Shown here piece by piece: positions 1 through 7,774 of a stretch of 32,000 nucleotides of DNA (the stretch's first letter is position 1; each line of letters begins with the position of its first letter). The stretch comes from Lachnospiraceae bacterium (GTDB lineage: Bacteria > Bacillota > Clostridia > Lachnospirales > Lachnospiraceae). Location of the stretch: NCBI GenBank assembly GCA_024403355.1, contig JAKSRW010000014.1, forward strand, positions 1-32,000. The letters run 5' to 3'. The notes beneath the pieces are model-generated. The model saw only the letters and a program-made list of their open reading frames with translations, searched no databases and was not told the DNA's origin. The position numbers were made by a program, and so were the translations under genes.

Positions 1-2492
1 CACTGACAATCGGGGATACATTTACAATGTCAGGAACAGTCAGCGGAAACGGCGGAAAGCTTGAAAAGGTATATATAAACGTATTTAAGACGGATGAAAA
101 CAGTTACAGTAAGATACTCTGCGACAGAAGCGGACTTGGGGCAACCTCGTTCAATCTGAGTAATGTGGGAGCTGTTGTGTCAGGAAAGGATTACTTTGCC
201 AAGGAGGGAACATATACTCTCTATATCCATGCCAAAAATGAAGGTGGAGAAAGTGTAAAGCTTGCAGAGAAAACCATCACAGTTAAGAAGGCAGAGCAAA
301 CTCCTCCGATTGTACCGCCCACTGGAGAGTCAGGAGGAACAACTGTGCCACCTACAGGAGGCTCTAGTGGTATAACTATACCACCTACAGGAGGTTCCGG
401 CGGAATTACTATACCGCCCACAGGAGGTTCTAGTGGAATCGTTATACCTCCTATAGGTGGTGGAACATTTATACCGCCTGTAATTATTGATACCGGAGCT
501 GATAAACCACTCAATGGAACGGAAAACAATATATCGAATAATACAGAAATCGTTGATGACACAAATAATACAGGAAATGTTATAGTAGACAAGCCTGAAA
601 CAGGAAAAAGTGATAAAGAACTTGCGGAAGAAGACAAGCGCAGTCTTGTGTTAGGTTTTTCAGATGGCGACAATGAAAAATCGGTTACAGATAATTTATC
701 ATTGAAGAAAAAAGGTAGCAATGGTTCTGTTATTACATGGAGTTCTAACAATACCGATGTAATATCAAATAAGGGTAAGGTAACCAGAAGCACAATTTAT
801 GTTGGAGTTAAACTTACTGCGACAATAACACATGGAGAGTATTCTTGTGAAAAGACGTTCTCTGTGCTAGTAGTGGCAGCTAAAAAGACCGACCGCGAGC
901 GCGTTGAGGATGATTATGGATTACTGAAAATCAGCTATGCTGACGGAGATTCAAGAAAGAATGTAACTAAAAACCTTACATTACCGACTAAGGGTGTGAA
1001 TGGATCTAAAATCACATGGGAATCAAGTAATAGAAGTATAATTACTGAAAAAGGTGCTGTAACGAGAACTAATACCGATACAAAGGTTACGCTTACTGCT
1101 ACAATATCTTACGGATCTGCAGAAAGTATGACTGACACATTCGTTATAGTAGTTAAGGCAGCAGAAGGAGATCAAAATCTACCTGAAATAACTCCTGTTG
1201 TAGAAAATATTGTTACACCTAATGTTGATTCAAGTGATGATAAAGCTCCGAAGTCATTTAAAATAACTTCGCCTAAGTCGGGATATACACTTAAATCCGG
1301 CGGAAGTGTTGAAATAAAATGGTCAGAGTCAAAGAATGCCTCATATTACAGGGTATCAGTTTATAATAAATCGACCTCAAAGAGAGTAATCAAATCTTCA
1401 AAGATTAAAACAACCTCATATTTGATCGGATATTATGAATTAAAGCTTGATGAAGAGTATTATGTTGTAGTGACTGCCCACAATGATTTTGGTGGAATCA
1501 ACAGTAAAGAGATATCTTTATATACTTCAGAAGAAAGTGAAGAACCTGAGAAACCTGTAGAAAAAATAGGTAAGATTACCGTCTCTTCAAAAGAAGAGAA
1601 TGGGGTATTCACTATTTCAATGTCTTCTGATTTATCGAAGAAGAGCCTGGAAGAGGTTGATCATACCTGGATTAATATCTATGATAAATCGAATAAAAAT
1701 AAGCTTGTTGAGTCACAGAGCATAAAAGGAGCAGCAACTTCAATTAATTCTTCAGTACCGGTTGGTAAATACGGCGTTGAGGTAGTTTATTATGATGCGA
1801 ATAAGAATGTTCTGGCTTCGGGAGATGCATTGATAGAATACAATTTGTCATTGACTGAAGATGAACTGGTGCAGGAAATAGAACTTGGGGAGACAGCTAC
1901 ACTATACGGAACAGTGGCATCGGTAAAAGGCTTGAAGTCAATAAAGGTTGTAATAAAGGACGAGAATGGTAAAAGTGTACATGATGCCGTGACAGTGGAT
2001 TTATCAGGAAAGACAGCCTTCAAGCTTAATGATGAGTTACTGGACAGTAAGCTTAAATTTGACACATTAGAACTAGGAAATCTGATGGTTACTCTGGTTG
2101 TAACTGATGTAAAAGGAAATACCCTGAAGAGAAGTTATCCGTTGTCAGTTATTGATTCAGACCAGAAGATAAATGTTATATGTAAGAGTAGTCAGGAACA
2201 GATTGTTGTATCGTTCCAGCATAACTTAACGCCTAAAAAGGCGAAAACAGTTGACTATGCATGGATTAATATCTACGACAAGGAAGCATCAAGCAGACTG
2301 TTTTTCTCAACGTGTTATATTGGAATTGCAACTAATTTTGACATCTATTTAACTCCCGGTGAATATGGTATAGAGGTTGCATATTATAACAGTAGCAAAA
2401 AAATGGTAGCACGTGGTGAAGCAAGATTTGCTCATAGTTGTGATTATTCATTGGATAATTTAAATAAATTGTTAGACTATACTATTAGTTGA
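1..2492 (+). CDS. 5'-truncated large secreted/cell-surface repeat protein (Pro/Gly linker repeats, two Ig-like modules, FN3-like module, two WINIYDK modules)
   Basis: The reading frame of the 27..2492 ORF stays open back to the window edge (codons from nt 3, no stop), so the gene is probably truncated. It has 11-aa PPTGGSSGITI tandem repeats. Two about 90-aa modules carry LxLPxKGxNGSxITWxSSNxxxIxxKGxVTR, a bacterial Ig-like pattern. An FN3-like block reads EIKWSESKNASYYRVSVYN. Two C-terminal paralogous modules are built around WINIYDK...GxYGxEVxYY. Confidence 0.7.
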   Translation, partial: LTIGDTFTMSGTVSGNGGKLEKVYINVFKTDENSYSKILCDRSGLGATSFNLSNVGAVVSGKDYFAKEGTYTLYIHAKNEGGESVKLAEKTITVKKAEQTPPIVPPTGESGGTTVPPTGGSSGITIPPTGGSGGITIPPTGGSSGIVIPPIGGGTFIPPVIIDTGADKPLNGTENNISNNTEIVDDTNNTGNVIVDKPETGKSDKELAEEDKRSLVLGFSDGDNEKSVTDNLSLKKKGSNGSVITWSSNNTDVISNKGKVTRSTIYVGVKLTATITHGEYSCEKTFSVLVVAAKKTDRERVEDDYGLLKISYADGDSRKNVTKNLTLPTKGVNGSKITWESSNRSIITEKGAVTRTNTDTKVTLTATISYGSAESMTDTFVIVVKAAEGDQNLPEITPVVENIVTPNVDSSDDKAPKSFKITSPKSGYTLKSGGSVEIKWSESKNASYYRVSVYNKSTSKRVIKSSKIKTTSYLIGYYELKLDEEYYVVVTAHNDFGGINSKEISLYTSEESEEPEKPVEKIGKITVSSKEENGVFTISMSSDLSKKSLEEVDHTWINIYDKSNKNKLVESQSIKGAATSINSSVPVGKYGVEVVYYDANKNVLASGDALIEYNLSLTEDELVQEIELGETATLYGTVASVKGLKSIKVVIKDENGKSVHDAVTVDLSGKTAFKLNDELLDSKLKFDTLELGNLMVTLVVTDVKGNTLKRSYPLSVIDSDQKINVICKSSQEQIVVSFQHNLTPKKAKTVDYAWINIYDKEASSRLFFSTCYIGIATNFDIYLTPGEYGIEVAYYNSSKKMVARGEARFAHSCDYSLDNLNKLLDYTIS
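312..482 (+). repeat. 33-bp (11-codon) in-frame tandem repeat, about 5 units, encoding (V/I)PPTGGSSGIT
   Basis: Read directly: VPPTGESGGTT / VPPTGGSSGIT / IPPTGGSGGIT / IPPTGGSSGIV / IPPIGGGTF. The nucleotide units are also near-identical. Confidence 0.85.
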
Positions 2493-2510
2493 AAGGAGTG
2501 CCGATATTAA

Positions 2511-4766
2511 ATGAAAAGTATTAGATTAAAATTGCAGAAAATAATGATTATTCCTATTGTTATTTTAATTCTGATTATTCTGTCGGAAAACAAGGTTCGG
2601 GCCAATATAAATGTTTTTTCACCTTATGAATTAAGGGCGGGAATTAATAGTTGTAATCTTTGGAAAGATGTAACTCGTGGGAACCTAGAAATTAAAAACA
2701 AAGGTGATTTTAGCAATGCGCTGTTAGCTAATCCTGAAATGAAAAATAACATTCAGAAAGTTAAAATAGATAATTTTATCACAGAAATACCTTCAAATGC
2801 TTTTAATTCGTGCAAAAAATTGAAAGAAGTATCATTACCATATAGTGTCGCTGTGATAGGTGCGGGTGCGTTTTCAAATACAGCATTGGAGTCTATAATC
2901 TTGCCTAAAAATTTAAAAACTATAGGTAACTATGCGTTTTCGGGAACGGAAATTAAAGTGATTAATATACCTGAAAATGTAACTAGTATTGGTAATTATG
3001 CATTTTCAAAAACGAATCTTTCAGAAATTTATATACCAGAAAGCGTAACAAGTATAGGTGATTATGCATTTTCTGGAGGTAAACTAAAGAAAGTGTTATT
3101 TATTGGCCAAAATGTTGAAAAAATAGGTAAAGATGTATTTCCGAAAGATGTAAAAATATATGGACTTTCAGGTACAAAAATATGTGAGTATGCAAAGAAA
3201 AACAACCTAGAATTTGTGGATATTTTAGGTGAAATCAATATTAAATATCATCAAAATAAAGAAGAAAAAGAATTGTTTACAGCAATGAGCCTTTCTGATT
3301 TTGTATATCATATTGAACATGCACACATACTAAATCTTGGGGGTAAAATAGATGAGAGTGTGGATGTTGGGCCATATAAAGCATCATATAAACCATTATA
3401 TAACATTTTGAAAAAGGAAAAAACTGTAGGGGAAATTATTCAAGGATGGACAAATGGTATAAAAATTAAAAAGTTAGCCTTTAATGATGATGGTAAGGTT
3501 GATACCATTGCCGGAGCGGATATTCCTATAAATACCTATGGATTTTATGAAAAATATATAAAAAATTATAAATACATTTCAAGTCAGTATGATAGTAATT
3601 CCGGTTTTTGTGGAGCCGCGTTTGAGGGAACTGATGATAAGATATGGATTGTTTATTGTGGAACAGATCCTGCAAACGCACGTGAAATGTATAATGACAT
3701 TGTAAAGGCTGATGCACTGGAGCTGGGATCAATAACTGGTACGCCAGATCAATGTGTACAGGCACTTGAATTCTATAAAAAAATAAAAAAGATCTATGAA
3801 AAAGAAATAATAATAACAGGACATTCGTTGGGTGGAGCTTTAGCGACATATGTATCTGCATTAACAGATGAGCGGTCAATAACAATTAATGGCGCAAATT
3901 GTTTAGTTGTATCTAACTTAATTTTTGGAACACGTAATAAAATATCTGATTATTTATGCAATAATAAGATATTTGACTTTTCGTTAATACCAATAACAAA
4001 AAAGCCATATGAGTGGAATGTAGTTAATTATATGACAAACCCGACAGATAATAATTTTGTTCAAAAACTAATGTGTGGTGAGCTGCTAGGTATAAGGATT
4101 GGTTTATTAGATGGAATCGATGCCAAAATTTATGCATATAATAATAAAGCAAAGGATACGCATAATATATTCTCGTTCTTGTCAATTACAATGGAAGATG
4201 GCAAAATCTATTATGAGATGCCATATTTTACTGTAAAAAAGTATCCCATCAAAGAAGCAAGTACTGGGATGATTTGGGATGGAGGTGGTTATATTTGGAT
4301 TAAAAATAATCAAGATGATAAATCTTGGAAGATATTTATGCAGAACATAGAACTTAATCCGCTTTATTATAAAAATGAGATATTGCGTAACATCGAACAA
4401 ATCGAATGGGGGAATCTGGATTCTTTGGCAAAAAAGATATTGGAACCTATGCCAATACAACTCCTGGATCAGATGATTCGAGCAACGAAAGTAGAAAATA
4501 AAGAAAATTATGTAAAGATTGAAGACATGGATCTAGAGTATGATTGTTATTTGTTAACAAAAAACATAACGTTAACTATAAATGACGATTTCCTAGACAA
4601 TAAAGACAAAGTTATTATTGTGAATGGTGTTGTTGGGACTATTGTTCGAAACGATCAAAAGAAAATGACTACATTGACAATGAATAAGAAAAAACTAATA
4701 GTGCCAACTAACAAATTAAATAAGATTAAAATATATGATAAGAAGGGGCAGTGTAAGATTCCGTAA
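2511..4766 (+). CDS. Secreted/membrane-anchored BspA-type leucine-rich-repeat protein fused to a class-3 lipase-like (Mbeg1/DUF2974-like) alpha/beta-hydrolase domain
   Basis: GGAG-type RBS (aaaggag) 12 nt upstream. N-terminal hydrophobic signal/anchor (IMIIPIVILILIILS). Repeated IPxxVTSIGxYAFSxTxLxxI LRR units. Nucleophile elbow ITGHSLGGALATYVS, preceded by a FEGTDDKIWIVYCGTD strand typical of lipase_3-like hydrolases. Confidence 0.8.
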   Translation: MKSIRLKLQKIMIIPIVILILIILSENKVRANINVFSPYELRAGINSCNLWKDVTRGNLEIKNKGDFSNALLANPEMKNNIQKVKIDNFITEIPSNAFNSCKKLKEVSLPYSVAVIGAGAFSNTALESIILPKNLKTIGNYAFSGTEIKVINIPENVTSIGNYAFSKTNLSEIYIPESVTSIGDYAFSGGKLKKVLFIGQNVEKIGKDVFPKDVKIYGLSGTKICEYAKKNNLEFVDILGEINIKYHQNKEEKELFTAMSLSDFVYHIEHAHILNLGGKIDESVDVGPYKASYKPLYNILKKEKTVGEIIQGWTNGIKIKKLAFNDDGKVDTIAGADIPINTYGFYEKYIKNYKYISSQYDSNSGFCGAAFEGTDDKIWIVYCGTDPANAREMYNDIVKADALELGSITGTPDQCVQALEFYKKIKKIYEKEIIITGHSLGGALATYVSALTDERSITINGANCLVVSNLIFGTRNKISDYLCNNKIFDFSLIPITKKPYEWNVVNYMTNPTDNNFVQKLMCGELLGIRIGLLDGIDAKIYAYNNKAKDTHNIFSFLSITMEDGKIYYEMPYFTVKKYPIKEASTGMIWDGGGYIWIKNNQDDKSWKIFMQNIELNPLYYKNEILRNIEQIEWGNLDSLAKKILEPMPIQLLDQMIRATKVENKENYVKIEDMDLEYDCYLLTKNITLTINDDFLDNKDKVIIVNGVVGTIVRNDQKKMTTLTMNKKKLIVPTNKLNKIKIYDKKGQCKIP

Positions 4767-4797
4767 GTAAGCATTTTAACGCATAATGACATGGTGT

Positions 4798-4832
4798 GGG
4801 GCAGTGATAATAATATCATTGTCCCCGTTTTA
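4798..4832 (+). terminator. Putative intrinsic terminator after the LRR-lipase gene
   Basis: Imperfect GC-clamped hairpin ggggcagtgat...atcattgtcccc followed by gtttta. Confidence 0.5.
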
Positions 4833-4854
4833 TACACTTATATATGATTTATTC

Positions 4855-4884
4855 TTGACTTGATTTATCATCAGAGTATATAAT
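4855..4884 (+). promoter_or_regulatory. Sigma-70-like promoter for the Rpn-family gene
   Basis: TTGACT (4855-4860), 18-nt spacer, TATAAT (4879-4884). Confidence 0.5.
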
Positions 4885-4889
4885 TCCAT

Positions 4890-4904
4890 TAGAATTCCTC
4901 TGTT
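4890..4904 (+). repeat. Left arm of a perfect 15-bp inverted repeat flanking the Rpn-family gene
   Basis: tagaattcctctgtt at 4890-4904 is the exact reverse complement of aacagaggaattcta at 5864-5878. Confidence 0.85.
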
Positions 4905-4926
4905 TACACAAGGAGGAACAAAGTTA

Positions 4927-5817
4927 TTGGTTAGGCAACGAAAAACCTTACAGGAATTAACAATTAAAGACAATTTTATGTTTGCGGCGGTAATGCTGGA
5001 GCCGGACAATGCGAAGGGATTACTGGAGCTGGTGCTTGGCATCGAAGTGGACTATGTTGAGATATCCCAGGAGAAAAGCATAGTGTATAACCCTGAGTAC
5101 AGGGGCGTGCGCCTGGATGTTTATATTAAGGATAACAAAGGAACTCACTTCAATGTGGAGATGCAGGCGGTATCACAGCCGCTGGTAAAGCGGGAAAGGT
5201 ATTATCACAGTCAGATGGACATGGAGCTTCTGGTAAGAGGCACCGATTATGAGAATCTGCCGGATGGCTATGTGATATTCATATGTGATTTTGACCCTCT
5301 GAGCATGGGTAAGTATCGGTATAGTATCAGAAAAAGGGTTGATGAAAATCTGGATTATAATTATCCGGATGGAAGTTTTACCATATTTTTGAGTACTGTC
5401 GGAACCAATGAAAATGAGGTGCCGAAGGCACTGGTTAAATTTCTAAAATTTGTAGCTGCAAGACCTGAGTCATCTAATGATGATTTTGACGATAAATATG
5501 TAAAGCAGCTGCAGTATTCTGTAGAGAAAATCAAGACAAGTCGCGATATGGAGGGCCGTTTTATGTTGTTTGAAGAAATGATGAAAAATGAATATAAGGC
5601 AGGCCATGAGGATGGCAAAGCAGAAGGAAAACTCGAGGGAAAACTCGAAGATATTCTCCAGCTTCTGAATGCCAGATTCACTGTACCCGACACACTTCCG
5701 GAGAGAATCAGTAGGATTACTGATGAAAATGTTTTATCAAAGCTTCATATAGATGCTGCTGTTTCAGCATCGATTGAGGATTTTGAGCGTGAGCTTGATA
5801 AACATCTCTCTTTTTAA
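4927..5817 (+). CDS. Rpn family recombination-promoting nuclease / putative transposase (PD-(D/E)XK, YhgA-like)
   Basis: TTG start 9 nt after AAGGAGGA. The N-terminus LTIKDNFMFAAVM plus the RLDVYIKDNKGTHFNVEMQ core is characteristic of the PD-(D/E)XK transposase-like family. Confidence 0.8.
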   Translation: MVRQRKTLQELTIKDNFMFAAVMLEPDNAKGLLELVLGIEVDYVEISQEKSIVYNPEYRGVRLDVYIKDNKGTHFNVEMQAVSQPLVKRERYYHSQMDMELLVRGTDYENLPDGYVIFICDFDPLSMGKYRYSIRKRVDENLDYNYPDGSFTIFLSTVGTNENEVPKALVKFLKFVAARPESSNDDFDDKYVKQLQYSVEKIKTSRDMEGRFMLFEEMMKNEYKAGHEDGKAEGKLEGKLEDILQLLNARFTVPDTLPERISRITDENVLSKLHIDAAVSASIEDFERELDKHLSF

Positions 5818-5863
5818 TCAAATCTACAAAACTCATGTTTAAGTAATAAACAAAGTAAAATTT

Positions 5864-5878
5864 AACAGAGGAATTCTA
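5864..5878 (-). repeat. Right arm of the 15-bp inverted repeat flanking the Rpn-family gene
   Basis: Exact reverse complement of 4890-4904. Confidence 0.85.
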
Positions 5879-5890
5879 TTAATTTTATCA

Positions 5891-5932
5891 AAAAACAGCC
5901 GCATCACGGCTAGCCGTGATGTGGCTGTTTTT
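5891..5932. terminator. Bidirectional intrinsic terminator between the convergent Rpn and NSS genes
   Basis: A 16-bp stem acagccgcatcacggc / gccgtgatgtggctgt with one G-U on the plus strand. It is flanked by an A-run on the left and a T-run on the right. Confidence 0.8.
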
Positions 5933-5985
5933 AAGTGGTCTTCTGTAAATTTCCGAATCTTTCAGTCGCGAACTATCTGAATTAT

Positions 5986-7350
5986 TTAAATATCCGCAAT
6001 AAAAGGTGTAATAAGAATGATGATCATGAATACCGGGCAGACATATTTGATCATGACATTATAGAGCTTCTCGGCCTTGAAATTCGTTTCCCCGATGAGC
6101 ACCTCATCCGCAATATACTTGGTTTTTGCGACATAACCGATGAGGATACAGGTTAGGAACGCAACGATGGGCATCAGCATATTGTTCGAAATAAAGTCGA
6201 AGAAATCGAGAATCTGGTAACCGAAGATGGTCACATCTTCCCAGATGCTGTAGCCGAATACTGAAAATGAGCCCATCACAAAAAGGAAGACAAGGCAGAT
6301 AATTGTCGCTACCACACGCTTCAGCTTGAACTTTTCACTAATGATGGAAACCATGGTTTCAAGCAGTGAAATAGATGATGTAAGCGCTGCGAGAGCTACA
6401 AGCACGAAGAAAAGGCTTCCGATAATCTGACCGCCTTGCATTGAATTGAATACGTTGGGCAGTGTGATGAACATAAGGCTGGGACCCTTGTTGAGCGCAG
6501 CGGGGTCGCCGCCACTGAAAACAAATACGCTCGGAACGATAATCAGGCCGGCGAGGATGGCGATTGCGGTATCGAAAATCTCGATGTTTCGAACTGACTT
6601 TTCGATAGAGTCTTCCTTACGCATGTAGGAGCCGTAGGTAACCATGATACCCATGGCGATGGACATTGAATAGAAAAGCTGTCCGACCGCACCGGCGAGG
6701 GTTTTGGGCAGGTCTGAGAACGAGAAGGTCTCGAAATCAGGAATGAAGTAATACTTGAAGCCTGCACCCGCATCGGGAAGGGTCATGGTGTAAATTGCGA
6801 TACCGATAATGAGAAGGATAAGCAGGGGCATCAGGATTTTACTGATGTTCTCGATTCCCTTCTGAACGCCCAGAATAACGACCAGGGCGGTAAGGATAGC
6901 AAATATAATAAAGAATATCATCGGGGAACCGACTGTTCCGATAAAGCCTGTAAAATACTCACCCTTATCTGCGGCGGTCGAACCATTGCCGGTAACAAAC
7001 ACTGTGAGATACTTAAGTACCCAGCCGCCGATTACACAGTAGTAGGGGGTGATGATGAAGGGAACGACTGCGGCTACGGGGCCGAGGAAGCCGAAACGTC
7101 TATCTGCATCCTTGTAGGCACCGATTACACTTTTGCCTGTTTTACGGCCTAAGGAAACCTCTGTAATCATCAGAGCGAAGCCGAAGGTGCAGGCCAGAAT
7201 TAAATATACCAGAAGGAAAATTCCTCCGCCGTATTTTGCGGCCAAATACGGGAAACGCCAAATGTTACCAAGTCCTACAGCCGAACCGGCTGCGGCAAGT
7301 ATGAAGCCCATACGGCTTCCGAAGCTGTCTTTTTTATTTGAATGACTCAT
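5986..7350 (-). CDS. Sodium-dependent transporter, neurotransmitter:sodium symporter (NSS/SNF) family
   Basis: GLGNIWRFPYLAAKYGGG signature and a multi-TM profile. I place the start at the ATG at 7350 (MSHSNKK), preceded by GGAGG, rather than at the upstream ORF-track start at 7407. Confidence 0.9.
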   Translation of the reverse strand: MSHSNKKDSFGSRMGFILAAAGSAVGLGNIWRFPYLAAKYGGGIFLLVYLILACTFGFALMITEVSLGRKTGKSVIGAYKDADRRFGFLGPVAAVVPFIITPYYCVIGGWVLKYLTVFVTGNGSTAADKGEYFTGFIGTVGSPMIFFIIFAILTALVVILGVQKGIENISKILMPLLILLIIGIAIYTMTLPDAGAGFKYYFIPDFETFSFSDLPKTLAGAVGQLFYSMSIAMGIMVTYGSYMRKEDSIEKSVRNIEIFDTAIAILAGLIIVPSVFVFSGGDPAALNKGPSLMFITLPNVFNSMQGGQIIGSLFFVLVALAALTSSISLLETMVSIISEKFKLKRVVATIICLVFLFVMGSFSVFGYSIWEDVTIFGYQILDFFDFISNNMLMPIVAFLTCILIGYVAKTKYIADEVLIGETNFKAEKLYNVMIKYVCPVFMIIILITPFIADI

Positions 7351-7391
7351 AAATAACCTCCGTGTCAGGAATGTAACGAATAGTAGCCGTC

Positions 7392-7434
7392 TTTTAACGA
7401 GTAACAAGCGAAGCGGTTACAAGTTTTGAATCCG
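7392..7434 (+). repeat. Dispersed intergenic repeat, copy R1 (module with GTAAC...GTTAC hairpin)
   Basis: ttttaacgagtaacaagcgaagcggttacaagttttgaatccgg is closely similar to 10530-10590 and partly similar to 7690-7738. Confidence 0.7.
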
Positions 7435-7590
7435 GACAATTCAAATGCTTCCTTGTGTATAAAAAGCATATTATTTAGTTTATCATATATATGGTTAAAA
7501 TGCACGAACAATTTTACCCAAATATGTATGTTAAGAAAGGTATTTATTATAAAAATGCATAATAAATGCGCTTATATTGCAAATGAAATG

Positions 7591-7619
7591 ATGACATTAT
7601 CAGCAAAACGCGCTATAAT
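7591..7619 (+). promoter_or_regulatory. Sigma-70-like promoter for the 7775 gene
   Basis: ATGACA (7591-7596), 17-nt spacer, TATAAT (7614-7619). It predicts a 5' UTR of about 150 nt that contains repeat copy R2. Confidence 0.5.
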
Positions 7620-7644
7620 ATAAAATGGCTACAAGCCTCAATCG

Positions 7645-7738
7645 GTGCCGGGTATAATCCCCGTACCGGATGGCTGCGAAGCAGCAGGCTTTTAACGGGT
7701 AACAAGCAAAGAGCCTGCGAGTTTTGAAATGAAACCGG
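7645..7738 (+). repeat. Dispersed intergenic repeat, copy R2 (about 95 nt, homologous to 10481-10590)
   Basis: By-eye alignment: gtgccgggtataatccccgtaccggatggctgcgaagcagcaggcttttaacgggtaacaagc... versus gtgcggggttcaagccccgtacctcgtaagctgcggtagcagcgattttataacgagtgacaagc... Confidence 0.65.
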
Positions 7739-7774
7739 TAATTATTATGTTTATGAAGATAGGAGAGAAAAGCT

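Noticed and set aside
5935-6156. 73-aa plus-strand ORF after the Rpn gene
   Set aside because: It starts inside the bidirectional terminator and runs antisense to the 3' end of the NSS transporter. It has no RBS.
7351-7407. Upstream 19-aa extension of the NSS transporter ORF
   Set aside because: The ATG at 7350 is preceded by GGAGG at proper spacing. The extension overlaps the repeat-containing leader.
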